Shown here one piece after another: positions 27,126-37,518 of a DNA stretch of 64,000 bases. The first letter of the stretch is position 1. Each line of letters begins with the position of its first letter. Origin of the DNA: an uncultured Desulfatibacillum sp. (lineage in GTDB: Bacteria; Desulfobacterota; Desulfobacteria; Desulfobacterales; SpSt-501). Location: contig CAZNKG010000005.1 in assembly GCA_964573635.1 (NCBI GenBank), positions 29,759 through 93,758 of the forward strand, in the 5' to 3' direction. A program made the translations under genes and the position numbers. The notes under the pieces were generated by a model that made no database searches, was not told the origin of the DNA, and saw nothing but the letters and a program-made list of their open reading frames with translations.

Positions 27126-29323
27126 CCTCCCGATCGCCGATCCTTGAGCCCGTCGAACGCAGCGCAAAAGAAGCCTTGGCGGGCGCGGCGGCCGGCAACG
27201 CCCCGGCGGCCGCCGATGGCGACCTGTACCGGCTGTGCGTCGAGTCCTCGCCCTATGGGATCCTGATCCACGATGTTCAGGGCAAGATCAAGCTCTTCAA
27301 CCGCCGGCTCGAAGAGATCACCGGCTACCGCCGCGAGGAGATGCCGGACATCCCGACCTGGATCGGTGCGGTCTACCCCGACCCGGCCTACCGGGATTTC
27401 GTGGTCCGCTACCGCGGTAATCCGCCGACCGATGGCGCGGTCCGCGTCCGGGAGGCGATGATCACGCGCCGCAGCGGGGAGCGCCGCCTGTGCCGCTTCG
27501 CCTCGACCTATTTCCCGGGGAGCTTCCGGGTGGTCTTCATCCGGGACATCCACGAGTCGCAGGAGCCCCTGACGGTGGCACCGCGCGGCCAGGACCTGTT
27601 CGAAGGCGACTGGTCGACCGGCCCGATCCCGGTATTCACCTGGCATAAAGCCGGCGGCGACCTCCTGCTGGTCGGGTTCAACCAGGCGGCCGAGGAGGCC
27701 GCCGGCAAGCCCCTGGCCGCGCGCCTGCTTTCGACCGCCGTCGATCTCTACGCGCACCAGCCGGACGTCGTCGAGGACCTGAACCGCTGCCTCTCGGCCC
27801 GGGCGCCCATCCGCCGCCGCTGCATATTCCCCCCGGACAACCCGGCACAAAACCGGTTCTACGAGGCCCTTTTCTCCTACCGCTCACCGGACATGGTGGT
27901 CCTGCGGCTGCTCAGCCCGGCCGAACCCGACCCGGCCGGCGCGCTGATCCATGAATCCGAGCGGCGCCGCATCGAGGAGGCCCTGCGGGCTTCGGACCGC
28001 AAGTTTTCGCTCGCCTTCCACGCGAGCCCCGGGGGATTTGCGATCACGACGTTCGAGGATGGCCGCTACATCGATGCCAACGCCGCCGAGTGCCGGATGA
28101 CCGGCTACCGCCGCGAAGAGCTCATCGGCCGGAGCATCTTCGAGCTCGGCATCTGGGCCGACCCGGAAGACGGCCGCCGCCTGCGGGCGCTGTTGGTCGA
28201 GCAGGGCGTCATCGAGAATTTCGAGTACCGCTTCCGCCGCAAGGACGGCGAGATCCGCACCGGGCTGCTCATGTCCGCGCTGATCGACATCGACGGCGAG
28301 CGCTGCATCATCAGCGAATCGATCGACCTGACCGACCTCAAGCGCGCCGAAGAGACGCTCAAGCTGAGCGAGGAGCGGCTGCGCATGGCGACCGAGGGGG
28401 CGGAGCTCGCCCTCTGGGATTGGGACCTGACGACCGGCCGCGTCTTCTGCAACGATCTCTACTTCCGCCTGCTCGGCTACGAACCGGGCGAGTTCGAGGT
28501 CACCTACGAAACCTGGGCCGCCCTCGTGCACCCCGACGACCGCCAGGAGGCCGAAGCGCGGACCCGCGTGGCGCTCCTCGAGGGGCTCGAGAGCTACAGC
28601 TCCGAGTACCGCATCCGCCGCAAGGACGGCACCTACCGCTGGGTCCACGACCAGGGCCGCGCCGTCCAGCACGACGCGGCGGGCCGGCCGACGCGCGCCC
28701 TGGGGATCCATGTCGACATCACCCGGCGCAAGGAGACGGAGGCGGCGCTGCGCCGGACCCACGACGAGCTCGAGCACCACGTGCAGGTGCGCACCCGCGA
28801 GCTCGTGAAGTCCAACCGCAGTCTGAAGCAGCAGGTCGAACGGCGGCGGCGGGTGGAAAAGGAGCTGCGCGCCAAGGAGAAGCAGCTCGAGCGCCGCACC
28901 CAGGACCTCTTGGAGGTGAACGCCGCGCTGAAGGTGCTCCTGCGCCAGCGCGAGGAGGACCGGCGCGAAATCGAGGAGCAGGTCAGCACGCAGCTGAAGA
29001 ACCTGGTCCTGCCGTACCTCGAAAAGCTCAAGAAGGGGAAGCGCTCGACACGGGAGAGCAATTACCTGGGCATCATCGAGGGCCACCTGCGGGGCCTCGC
29101 CGCGCCGGCCACCGCGGGTGTCACGGATAAGCTCTACCGCCTGACGCCGGCCGAGATCCAGGTGGCGAACTTCATCAAGGGCGACAAGGGGAGCAAGGAG
29201 ATCGCGGCGCTTCTCGGCGTGACCGTCAAGACGGTCGAGTTCCACCGCTACAGCATCCGGCGCAAGATGGGCCTGCTCAACCGGCGCGTCAACCTGCGCT
29301 CGTTCCTCAAGACGTTGAAATAG
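27122..29323 (+). CDS. Multi-PAS + LuxR HTH transcriptional regulator
   Basis: PAS/PAC repeats (EEITGYRREE, YRFRRKDG, VHPDD, YRIRRKDGTYRWV); coiled coil; LTPAEIQVA...TVEFHRYSIRRKMG. Confidence 0.9.
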   Translation: MTSRSPILEPVERSAKEALAGAAAGNAPAAADGDLYRLCVESSPYGILIHDVQGKIKLFNRRLEEITGYRREEMPDIPTWIGAVYPDPAYRDFVVRYRGNPPTDGAVRVREAMITRRSGERRLCRFASTYFPGSFRVVFIRDIHESQEPLTVAPRGQDLFEGDWSTGPIPVFTWHKAGGDLLLVGFNQAAEEAAGKPLAARLLSTAVDLYAHQPDVVEDLNRCLSARAPIRRRCIFPPDNPAQNRFYEALFSYRSPDMVVLRLLSPAEPDPAGALIHESERRRIEEALRASDRKFSLAFHASPGGFAITTFEDGRYIDANAAECRMTGYRREELIGRSIFELGIWADPEDGRRLRALLVEQGVIENFEYRFRRKDGEIRTGLLMSALIDIDGERCIISESIDLTDLKRAEETLKLSEERLRMATEGAELALWDWDLTTGRVFCNDLYFRLLGYEPGEFEVTYETWAALVHPDDRQEAEARTRVALLEGLESYSSEYRIRRKDGTYRWVHDQGRAVQHDAAGRPTRALGIHVDITRRKETEAALRRTHDELEHHVQVRTRELVKSNRSLKQQVERRRRVEKELRAKEKQLERRTQDLLEVNAALKVLLRQREEDRREIEEQVSTQLKNLVLPYLEKLKKGKRSTRESNYLGIIEGHLRGLAAPATAGVTDKLYRLTPAEIQVANFIKGDKGSKEIAALLGVTVKTVEFHRYSIRRKMGLLNRRVNLRSFLKTLK

Positions 29324-30671
29324 GTCCAGCGGCGTTTCCGGCCGGGGCGCGCCCGATGCTGACGCAGGCAAACCCCTGCGCGGCGACGAATCCGGGGTCG
29401 TAGAGATTGCGGCCGTCGAAGATGACCGCCGAGCGCAGCAGGCCTTTCATGCGCGGAAAATCGGGGTTGCGGAACTGGTTCCAGTCGGTGACCACCGCCA
29501 GGGCATCGGCCCCCTCCAAGGCGGCGTACTGGCGGTCGCAGACCGTGACCCGGGGGTTGTCCGCCAGCGCGGCGCGGGCCTTCGCGCCGGCCACCGGGTC
29601 GTAGGCCGAAACGTTCATCCCCTCGGCCGTGAGCGCGCGGATGATCTCGAGCGCCGAGGCCTCGCGGATATCGTCGGTGTTGGCCTTGAAGGCGAGCCCC
29701 CAGAGCGCGAGCCGCTTGCCGGCGACCCCGCCGCGGCCCTCGAAAAAGGCCGCGACCTTGGCGGCGAGGATGCGCTTCTGGCGGTCGTTCACCCGGTCGA
29801 CGGCCTGGATCAGCTCCGGCTCGTAGCCGCTTTCGCGCGCGGTGGTGATCAGCGCCTTCACGTCCTTGGGAAAGCAGGAGCCCCCGTAGCCGACCCCCGG
29901 GTAGATGAAATGGTAGCCGATGCGGTGGTCCGCGCCGATGCCGCGGCGCACCGCGCCGACGTCGGCCCCGACGCGCTCGCAGATGTTGGCGACCTCGTTG
30001 ATGAAGGAGATCTTCGCCGCGAGCAGGCAGTTGGCGGCATACTTGGTCATCTCGGCGCTGCGCACCCCCATCACGATCATCTTGTCGCGGCTGCGGGCGA
30101 AGGGGGCGTAGAGCGTCTCCAGGAGCTTGGCGGTGCGCACGTTATCGGTGCCGACGATGATCCGGTCGGGCTTCATGAAGTCGTTGACCGCATCGCCCTC
30201 TTTCAGGAACTCGGGGTTGGAGACCACGTCGAACTCGACGTCCAGGCCGCGGCCGGCGGCCCCGGCCCGGATGATGCGCTGCATCTCGTCGGCGGTGCCG
30301 ACCGGCACCGTGGACTTGTTGACGATGATCTTGTAGTCGCTGATGAGCTCCCCGATGCGGCGGGCCACCTCCCAGACCTGGGAGAGGTCGCAGGCGCCGT
30401 CGCTCTTGGCGGGGGTCCCCACGCAGTTGAAGATGAAAAGGGCGTGCTCCAGCCCCGCCGCCAGGCTGTCGGTGAACTGCAGGCGGCCCTCGGCGAGGTT
30501 GCGCTGGACCAGGGGCTCCAGGCCGGGCTCGAAAATATGGACCCGGCCGGCCTTCAACCCCTCGATGACCTCCGGGTTCACGTCGACGCACACGACGTGG
30601 TTGCCCGTTTCGGACAGGCAGGCGGCGGTCACCAGCCCCACGTAACCGGTCCCGGCGATGCACACGTTCAT
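29307..30671 (-). CDS. ugd: UDP-glucose/GDP-mannose 6-dehydrogenase
   Basis: GTGYVGL, KSTVPVGT, SNPEFLKEG, GYGGSCFPKD, WGLAFK. Confidence 0.95.
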   Translation of the reverse strand: MNVCIAGTGYVGLVTAACLSETGNHVVCVDVNPEVIEGLKAGRVHIFEPGLEPLVQRNLAEGRLQFTDSLAAGLEHALFIFNCVGTPAKSDGACDLSQVWEVARRIGELISDYKIIVNKSTVPVGTADEMQRIIRAGAAGRGLDVEFDVVSNPEFLKEGDAVNDFMKPDRIIVGTDNVRTAKLLETLYAPFARSRDKMIVMGVRSAEMTKYAANCLLAAKISFINEVANICERVGADVGAVRRGIGADHRIGYHFIYPGVGYGGSCFPKDVKALITTARESGYEPELIQAVDRVNDRQKRILAAKVAAFFEGRGGVAGKRLALWGLAFKANTDDIREASALEIIRALTAEGMNVSAYDPVAGAKARAALADNPRVTVCDRQYAALEGADALAVVTDWNQFRNPDFPRMKGLLRSAVIFDGRNLYDPGFVAAQGFACVSIGRAPAGNAAGPISTS

Positions 30672-30912
30672 GGATGCCCGATACTCCTTTCAGGGGATGC
30701 GCCCGGCCGCCCGGCGCGGCCGATCGACTCGATCGTCTCATTCTGCCCCAACTCGCCGTTCGAATCAACCGGCGCCGACCGGCCCGGCTCCATTTTTTTC
30801 TTGATTTATTTTCCGAAATTGGGGAAAAGAAGGCCGCAGCTGTGGAATCGGGGCGGCCTCCATTCGCCGACGAATGGTCGCCGGCTTGATCGAAATCACC
30901 GGCTCCCGGACG

Positions 30913-30934
30913 TTTACGGCCGCGCGGCCGTAAA
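30913..30934. repeat. Perfect 22-bp palindrome in a 580-bp intergenic region
   Basis: TTTACGGCCGCGCGGCCGTAAA; could be a hairpin, terminator or operator. Confidence 0.45.
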
Positions 30935-31249
30935 GCCGGGGGCAGGGCGGGTTTGGGGCCATGTTCCGGATCGGTTTGTTAGCGTCGCGTTCAGCTCGTC
31001 GCTGCGGAGGAGAACGGATGCCGGAATACCAAAGGGGTGATTTCGAGTTTTCTGCGATGGCGGCATCGGGCGCTTGAGGAGTTGAACGGAATCGATCAAT
31101 GGCGGGGCTCGCCCCCCATTGAAGTGGAAAACGTCGCAGGCGCCTGGACGCGGAAAATCAAGCAAGCCGGTGAGAGACGGGCCGCCCCGATTTCGTTTTC
31201 CCGCCTCGCGGCCGGAGAGCGGCGCGCGGGCCGCCGCCCCCGGACCCCT

Positions 31250-32116
31250 TCACCCGAAGACGATCCCGGCATACCCCACGAAGCTCTCCCCCGGGCTGCG
31301 GTCATGGCTGGTCGCATAGCCGACCGCTGCCGCGGAAGCGGCCCCGAGTGCGCGGCCGGCCGCGATGGCGGCGGCGGCGGCCCCCGGGCAGCAGGCGTTC
31401 TGGTTGGCGAGTCCTTCGGCGATGACCCGCTCGGCGTCCAGCCCCAGCATGGCCTCGATCACCCGGCGGTCGTTCTCCTGCCGCACCCAGTCGAGCGCCG
31501 CCGGCCCGGAGCCCTTGGGCGCGAAGCCGTAGCCCGGGCCGTAGTGGGTGAGGTCGGTCGAGCCGATCACCGTCAGCGCCGTCCCCGACCGCCGCGCGAG
31601 CTCGGCGACGGCCAGGCCGATGGCCGTTGCCGGCGGCGCCGGCGGGGCGCCCACCGCGACCAGCCGGGCCTCGGGAAAGAAATATTTGATGAAGGGCAGC
31701 TGCAGCTCGACCGTGTTGTCCGGCGAAAACCGGCGGGGGGTCTCGAGCTCGAAGGGGAATTGCCGCGCGAGCTCGCCGGCCAGCTCCTCGGCGACCGGCA
31801 GCTCCCCGAACGGGGTCTGCCAGGCCCCCTTGGGCATCATGACCGCCGGGGAGCCGGGGGAGAGGTGCATGCCGAAGAGCGCCACGACGCGGGGGCCGGG
31901 CGCGGCGGCCCCCGCGAGCAGGCGGATCACCCCGCAGGCGAGACGGCCGGAGTAAACCCAGCCGGCATGCGGGACGATGCCCCCGAGCGGGTGCGGCACG
32001 GCGGCCGGAGCGGCCGGCGCCGCGCGCAGGAACTCGGCGATCTGCCGCTCGCATTCGGCGGCCTTGGCGGGGTACCAGCTGCCCGCGAAGCGGGCGGGCC
32101 TGACGGTCGCTTCCAT
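31250..32116 (-). CDS. amrB: MEMO1-family protein (AmmeMemoRadiSam system protein B)
   Basis: RPARFAGSWYP, IVPHAGWVYSG, DNTVELQLPF, GSTDLTHYG, NACCPG, SFVGYAGIVF. Confidence 0.9.
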   Translation of the reverse strand: MEATVRPARFAGSWYPAKAAECERQIAEFLRAAPAAPAAVPHPLGGIVPHAGWVYSGRLACGVIRLLAGAAAPGPRVVALFGMHLSPGSPAVMMPKGAWQTPFGELPVAEELAGELARQFPFELETPRRFSPDNTVELQLPFIKYFFPEARLVAVGAPPAPPATAIGLAVAELARRSGTALTVIGSTDLTHYGPGYGFAPKGSGPAALDWVRQENDRRVIEAMLGLDAERVIAEGLANQNACCPGAAAAAIAAGRALGAASAAAVGYATSHDRSPGESFVGYAGIVFG

Positions 32117-32304
32117 GGGTCCCCTCCTCGTTGTTCGCATCCCCGGCGGGCGCAGGCCGCCGGGCCGCCTCTTTTTACCACGTCCGGGACGGCGGGCTCA
32201 ACTTTCTTCCGCGGCCGGCGGCCGGGCGCCCTTCATTTCGGCCGATTGGTGATTATGATTCGGCTTGCCGACCATCGAATAACTCGACACCCGCGGAGGC
32301 CGCC

Positions 32305-33135
32305 ATGTGGGACTACACCGACAAGGTCAAAGATCACTTCCTCAACCCGCGCAACGTCGGGGTGATCCCGGACGCGGACGGAGTCGGCGAGGTCGGCTCC
32401 ATCGCCTGCGGGGACGCGCTGACGTTTTATTTCAAGCTGGACCAGCAGGGGCGCATCGCGGAGGCCAAGTTCCAGACCTTCGGCTGCGCCAGCGCGATCG
32501 CCTCCTCCTCGGCCCTGACCGAGATGGTGATCGGCAAGACCCTCGAGGAGGCCGCCCGCATCACCAACGACGACATCGCGCGCTACCTCGGAGGGCTCCC
32601 CAAGGAGAAGATGCACTGCTCGGTCATGGGGCGCGAGGCGCTCGAGAAGGCGATCGCCTGCCACCGCGGCGAGGCCGCCAAGGCGATCGAGGGCGAGATC
32701 GTCTGCGAGTGCTTCGGGGTGACCGACCGCGAGATCGAGCGCGTGGTGCGCGAAAACCAGCTGAAGACCATCGAGGACGTGACCGACTACATCAAGGCCG
32801 GCGGCGGCTGCGGCAAGTGCCACGAGCGCATCCAGGAGCTCATCGACCGCACCCTGGGGGCCGCGCCGCGGCTGGTCCCGATCGAGCCCCGGCCGCTCAC
32901 CAACCTGCAGAAGATCCGCCTGATCGAAGAGTCGATCGAGCGCGAGATCAACCCGACCCTCAAGAAGGACGCCGGGCACCTCGAGCTCGTGGATGTCGAC
33001 GGCAGCCGCGTGATCGTGCGCATGAAGGGCACCTGCTCCACCTGCGCGCGCTCGCATGTGACGCTCAAGCACTACGTCGAAAGCAAGCTGCGCGAGCTCG
33101 TCAGCCCGGAGCTCGTCGTCGAGGAGGTGCAGTGA
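32305..33135 (+). CDS. nifU: Fe-S scaffold NifU (U-type + 2Fe-2S BFD-like + Nfu domains)
   Basis: YTDKVKDHF.NPRN, CGD, FGC, KMHCS, VCECF...GCGKC, GTCSTC. Confidence 0.95.
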   Translation: MWDYTDKVKDHFLNPRNVGVIPDADGVGEVGSIACGDALTFYFKLDQQGRIAEAKFQTFGCASAIASSSALTEMVIGKTLEEAARITNDDIARYLGGLPKEKMHCSVMGREALEKAIACHRGEAAKAIEGEIVCECFGVTDREIERVVRENQLKTIEDVTDYIKAGGGCGKCHERIQELIDRTLGAAPRLVPIEPRPLTNLQKIRLIEESIEREINPTLKKDAGHLELVDVDGSRVIVRMKGTCSTCARSHVTLKHYVESKLRELVSPELVVEEVQ

Positions 33136-34313
33136 TGCCGGTCGTCTACCTGGACAACAACGCCACGACCCGGGTGGACCCGCGGGTGCTCGAGGCGATG
33201 CTCCCCTACTTCAGCGATTACTACGGCAACCCCTCCAGCATGCACAGCTTCGGCGGGTCCGTCGCCGCCCGCATCCAGGAGGCGCGCGCGCAGGTCGCGC
33301 GGCTGATCGGCGCCTCCCCGGATGAGATCGTGTTCACCAGCTGCGGCACCGAGAGCGACAACACCGCCATCCGCGCCGCACTCGAGGCCTTCCCGCAGCG
33401 GCGGCACATCGTCACCTCGCGGGTCGAGCACCCGGCGGTGAAGAACCTCTGCGAATCGCTCGCCAAGAAGGGCTACCGCACGACCTTCGTCCCGGTGGAC
33501 CGCCACGGGAACCTCGACCTCGACCTGCTCTACGACAGCCTGACGGCGGACACGGCCATCGTCAGCCTGATGTGGGCGAACAACGAGACCGGGGTGATCT
33601 TCCCGGTCGAGGAGATATCGCGCGAGGTTGCGCGGCGCGGGATCATTTTTCACACCGACGCCGTGCAGATCGCGGGGAAGGTGCCGATCGACGTCGGCCC
33701 GACCGGGATCCACATGCTCGCCCTCTCGGGGCACAAGATCCATGGGCCGAAGGGCGTGGGGGTGCTCTACCTGCGCAAGGGCACCCGCTTCGCGCCCTTC
33801 ATGGTCGGCGGGCACCAGGAAAAGGGCCGGCGCGGCGGGACCGAGAACACGGCGGCCATCATCGGGCTCGGCAAGGCCGCCGAGATCGCCGCCGAGCACC
33901 TCGCCGCCGGGGGCTATGCGGCGGTCCGGGCGCTGCGCGACCGGCTGGAGAACGCCGTGCTCGCGCGCATCCCGAACGCGCTGGTGAACGGCGACCGCGA
34001 CAGACGCCTGCCGAACACCGCGAGCATCTCCTTCGAGTACGTGGAGGGCGAGGCCGTGCTGCTCATGCTGAACGAGTTCGGGATCTGCGCCTCATCGGGC
34101 TCGGCCTGCACCTCGGGCTCCCTCGAGCCCTCGCACGTGCTGCGCGCGATGGGGGTGCCCTTCACGGCGGCGCACGGCTCGATCCGCTTCAGCCTGAGCC
34201 GCTACACGACCGCCGCGGAGATCGATTTCGTGCTCGAGAAGCTCCCGCCGGTCATCGCCAGGCTGCGGGAGCTCTCGCCCTTCTGGAAGGAGGCCGGCCG
34301 CCAGGCCGGGTGA
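33135..34313 (+). CDS. nifS: Cysteine desulfurase NifS
   Basis: YLDNNATT, HTDAVQ, SGHKIHGPKG, SSGSACTSG; TGATG overlap with nifU. Confidence 0.95.
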   Translation: MPVVYLDNNATTRVDPRVLEAMLPYFSDYYGNPSSMHSFGGSVAARIQEARAQVARLIGASPDEIVFTSCGTESDNTAIRAALEAFPQRRHIVTSRVEHPAVKNLCESLAKKGYRTTFVPVDRHGNLDLDLLYDSLTADTAIVSLMWANNETGVIFPVEEISREVARRGIIFHTDAVQIAGKVPIDVGPTGIHMLALSGHKIHGPKGVGVLYLRKGTRFAPFMVGGHQEKGRRGGTENTAAIIGLGKAAEIAAEHLAAGGYAAVRALRDRLENAVLARIPNALVNGDRDRRLPNTASISFEYVEGEAVLLMLNEFGICASSGSACTSGSLEPSHVLRAMGVPFTAAHGSIRFSLSRYTTAAEIDFVLEKLPPVIARLRELSPFWKEAGRQAG

Positions 34314-34320
34314 CGGAGGG

Positions 34321-35019
34321 TCAGCGCGTTTTCTTTTCCGCGACCCGGGCCGCGAGCCACGCGACCCAGGCCCCGAGCCCCTCGCCGGTGCGCGCCGAAA
34401 TCTCGAAGACGGGCATGCCGGGGTGGACCTGCCGGATGTAGTCGAGGGCGGCCTGCTTGTCGTAGTCGAGGTGCGGCAGGAGATCGATCTTGTTGAGCAG
34501 CGCCGCGTGGCAGAGCCGGAACATGGTGGGGTACTTGACCGGCTTGTCCTCGCCCTCGGTGACGCTCAGCACGACGACGCGCGCATCCTCGCCGATGTCG
34601 AACTCCGCCGGGCAGACGAGGTTGCCGACGTTCTCGACGATCAGCAGATCGACGGCGCCGAGGTCGAGGTCGTCGGCCGCCTTCTCGATCACGTGGGCCG
34701 CGAGGTGGCAGTCCCCGCCGAAGGCGTCGGTGTTGACCTGCACCACCGGGGCCCCGGTCACCGCCAGGCGGTCCGCGTCGTGCGTCGTCGCGATGTCCCC
34801 GACGATCACCGCCGGCCGCACCTCCGGGGGGAGCCGCTCGATCGTCTTCTGGAGCGTCGTGGTCTTGCCCGACCCGGGCGAGCTCATCACGTTGAGCACG
34901 AAGACGCCGTGCTGCGCGAACCGCCGGCGGTTTTCCTCCGCCATGCGTTCGTTCACCGCGAGCACCCGCTGGACGACCTTGATCTCCCGGCCGCGCCGGC
35001 CGCCCTCAACCGGATCCAT
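34321..35019 (-). CDS. hypB: Nickel-insertion GTPase HypB
   Basis: SSPGSGKTT, CHL, ENVGNLVCPAEF, NKID. Confidence 0.95.
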   Translation of the reverse strand: MDPVEGGRRGREIKVVQRVLAVNERMAEENRRRFAQHGVFVLNVMSSPGSGKTTTLQKTIERLPPEVRPAVIVGDIATTHDADRLAVTGAPVVQVNTDAFGGDCHLAAHVIEKAADDLDLGAVDLLIVENVGNLVCPAEFDIGEDARVVVLSVTEGEDKPVKYPTMFRLCHAALLNKIDLLPHLDYDKQAALDYIRQVHPGMPVFEISARTGEGLGAWVAWLAARVAEKKTR

Positions 35020-35374
35020 CCTCCCCCCCTTCGGCGATCTCGATCGAGACGATGTCGAGCTCGCGGCCCGACAGGATCTCCAGGCTTCCGCCCGCGCAGC
35101 GGCGGCAGCTGAACGCCGGCTCTTCCAGCGTCCAGGTCTCGCCGCACTCCCGGCAGCGCGCCGCGACCGGGAGCTCCTCGATCGCCAGCTCCGCCCCCTC
35201 GAGCGCCGTGTCGCGGCTGGCGATCGAAAAGCAGAAGCGCAGGCTGTCGGGGACCACCGCCGCGAGCTTGCCGATCCGCAGGTTCACGCGCGCGATCCTC
35301 GCGGCGCGCAGCTCCGGCGGCACCGAGGCCGCCGCGATGTCGATGATCTGCAGGGCGATGCCCATTTCGTGCAT
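35006..35374 (-). CDS. hypA: Nickel metallochaperone HypA
   Basis: MHEMGIA, CRECG...CRRC, GREL. Confidence 0.95.
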   Translation of the reverse strand: MHEMGIALQIIDIAAASVPPELRAARIARVNLRIGKLAAVVPDSLRFCFSIASRDTALEGAELAIEELPVAARCRECGETWTLEEPAFSCRRCAGGSLEILSGRELDIVSIEIAEGGEDGSG

Positions 35375-35455
35375 GCGGCACTCAATAAACGCTCAAAGCG
35401 AATCGATCGCACCAACCGCACCCATGCGACCCGTTGCGGCCCGTCGAACCCGTTC

Positions 35456-36328
35456 TCAGCGGAACACGTCCCGGCACATCTCGCCGAGCGTGCCCAGGTC
35501 CTCGCAGACATGGATGCCGGCGGCCCGCATGGCGGCGATCTTCGCCGCGGCGGTGCCGGAGCCCCCGCTGATGATGGCGCCGGCGTGGCCCATGCGGCGC
35601 CCGGGCGGAGCGGTCAAGCCCGAGACGAAGCCCACGACCGGCTTGGTCATATGGGCGCGGACGAACTCGGCGGCGGTCTCCTCGGCGCTGCCGCCGATCT
35701 CGCCGACCATGACGACCCCCCGGGTCGCGGGGTCCTTTTCGAAGGCCGCCAGGCAGTCCACGAAGCTCGTGCCGTTCACCGGGTCCCCGCCGATCCCGAT
35801 GCAGGTGGTCTGCCCGATCCCCTGGCGGGTCAGCTGGTGGACCACCTCGTAGGTGAGGGTCCCGGAGCGCGACACGACCCCCACCGGGCCGCCGGGCTTG
35901 TGGATCGGGGCGGGCATGATCCCGATCTTCGCCTCCCCCACGGTGATGATGCCGGGGCAGTTGGGGCCGATCAGGCGCACGGGCCGGCCGTCGAGGTAGT
36001 TCTTCACCTTCAGCATGTCGAGCACCGGGATCCCCTCGGTGATCGCGACGATGACCCGGATCCCGGCGTCGGCGGCCTCCATGACCGCCTCGGCGGCGAA
36101 GGCCGGGGGGACGAAGATCAGGCTGCAGTCCGCCCCGGTCCGGCGCACGGCGGCCTCGACGGTGTTGAAGATCGGGATCCCGTCCATCGCCTGGCCGCCC
36201 TTGCCCGGGGTCACCCCGCCGACCACCCGGGTGCCGTAGGCGACGCAGTGCCGCGTGTGGAACTGGCCTTCCTTGCCGGTGATGCCCTGCACCACGACGC
36301 GCGTCTCTTGGTTCACGAAAATGCCCAC
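35456..36328 (-). CDS. sucD: Succinyl-CoA synthetase alpha subunit
   Basis: GTG start; VVQGITG, GPNCPG, RMGHAGA phospho-His motif. Confidence 0.95.
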   Translation of the reverse strand: MGIFVNQETRVVVQGITGKEGQFHTRHCVAYGTRVVGGVTPGKGGQAMDGIPIFNTVEAAVRRTGADCSLIFVPPAFAAEAVMEAADAGIRVIVAITEGIPVLDMLKVKNYLDGRPVRLIGPNCPGIITVGEAKIGIMPAPIHKPGGPVGVVSRSGTLTYEVVHQLTRQGIGQTTCIGIGGDPVNGTSFVDCLAAFEKDPATRGVVMVGEIGGSAEETAAEFVRAHMTKPVVGFVSGLTAPPGRRMGHAGAIISGGSGTAAAKIAAMRAAGIHVCEDLGTLGEMCRDVFR

Positions 36329-36348
36329 GTTCGATCTCCTCCCCAGCC

Positions 36349-37506
36349 TCAAACCAGCGCCGCCACTTTCCGGGCGGCGTCCTTCAGGTCGGTCGCGGTG
36401 ATCAGGTTCAGGCCCGACTCGGCGAGGATGCGGCGGCCCTCCTCGACGTTGGTCCCCTCCATGCGAACCACCACCGGGACGCGGATCCCGGTCTGGCGCG
36501 CGGCCTCGACGACCCCCTTCGCCAGCGTGTCGCAGCGCAGGATTCCGCCGAAAATGTTGATCAGGATCCCCTTCACGTTCGCGTCGGAGAGGATGATGCG
36601 GAACCCGTTCGCCACCATCTCCGCGCTCGCCCCGCCGCCCACGTCGAGGAAGTTCGCCGGTTCGGCGCCGGCCTGCTTGATGAGGTCCATCGTGGCCATG
36701 GCGAGCCCCGCCCCGTTCACCATGTTGCCGATGTTGCCGTCCAGGTTGATGTAGTTCAGGTTGAACTTGGAGGCCTCGACCTCGAGCGGGTTCTCCTCGG
36801 CGAGGTCGCGCAGCTCCAGGAACTCCCGGTGGCGGAAGAGCGCGTTGTCGTCGAAGGCGATCTTGGCGTCGAGGGCGATCAGCCCCTCCCCGGCGGTGAC
36901 GACGAGCGGGTTGATTTCGGCGAGCGAGCAGTCGCATTCGACGAAGAGGCGGTAGAGGCCCTGCAGCATCGGCGTGAAAACCTTCATCGCCCCCGGCGGC
37001 AGGTTGAGCCCGAAGGCGAGCTGCCGGCAGTGGTAGCCCTGGAGGCCGAGCAGCGGGTTGATGAAGATCTTGACGATCTTCTCCGGCGTCCGGGCGGCCA
37101 CCTCCTCGATGTCCATCCCGCCGGCCTCGCTCGCCATGACGACGATCTTGGCCGTGGCCCGGTCGGGGACGATCCCGAGATAGAGCTCGCGGGCGATGTC
37201 GAGCCCCTGCTCCACGAGCACCTTTCCGACCCGCCGCCCTTCGGGGCCGGTCTGGTGGGTGACGAGGTTCATCCCGAGGATCGCGCCGGCGGCGGCCTCG
37301 ACCTCGCCGGCCGAGCGCGCGAGCTTCACGCCGCCGCCCTTGCCGCGCCCGCCGGCGTGGATCTGCGCCTTGACCACGACGGGGTAGCCTCCGAGGCCTT
37401 CGGCGACCGCAACCGCCTCGGCGGCGGAGAACGCCACCCCCCCCGCCGGGATCGGGATCCCGTATTTCCGGAAAAGCTCCTTGGCCTGGTATTCATGGAT
37501 CTTCAT
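36349..37506 (-). CDS. sucC: Succinyl-CoA synthetase beta subunit
   Basis: [42 protein letters not shown]. Confidence 0.97.
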   Translation of the reverse strand: MKIHEYQAKELFRKYGIPIPAGGVAFSAAEAVAVAEGLGGYPVVVKAQIHAGGRGKGGGVKLARSAGEVEAAAGAILGMNLVTHQTGPEGRRVGKVLVEQGLDIARELYLGIVPDRATAKIVVMASEAGGMDIEEVAARTPEKIVKIFINPLLGLQGYHCRQLAFGLNLPPGAMKVFTPMLQGLYRLFVECDCSLAEINPLVVTAGEGLIALDAKIAFDDNALFRHREFLELRDLAEENPLEVEASKFNLNYINLDGNIGNMVNGAGLAMATMDLIKQAGAEPANFLDVGGGASAEMVANGFRIILSDANVKGILINIFGGILRCDTLAKGVVEAARQTGIRVPVVVRMEGTNVEEGRRILAESGLNLITATDLKDAARKVAALV

Positions 37507-37518
37507 CGGGCATCCCCC

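Noticed and set aside
29307-29323. 17-bp tail-to-tail overlap of the PAS-LuxR gene and ugd
   Set aside because: Short convergent overlaps are common; no evidence of function.
30755-30775. GTTCGAATC tRNA-like motif
   Set aside because: No flanking stem; chance match.
30914-31165. 83-aa ORF in the ugd upstream region
   Set aside because: TTG start, no clear RBS and no recognisable motif.
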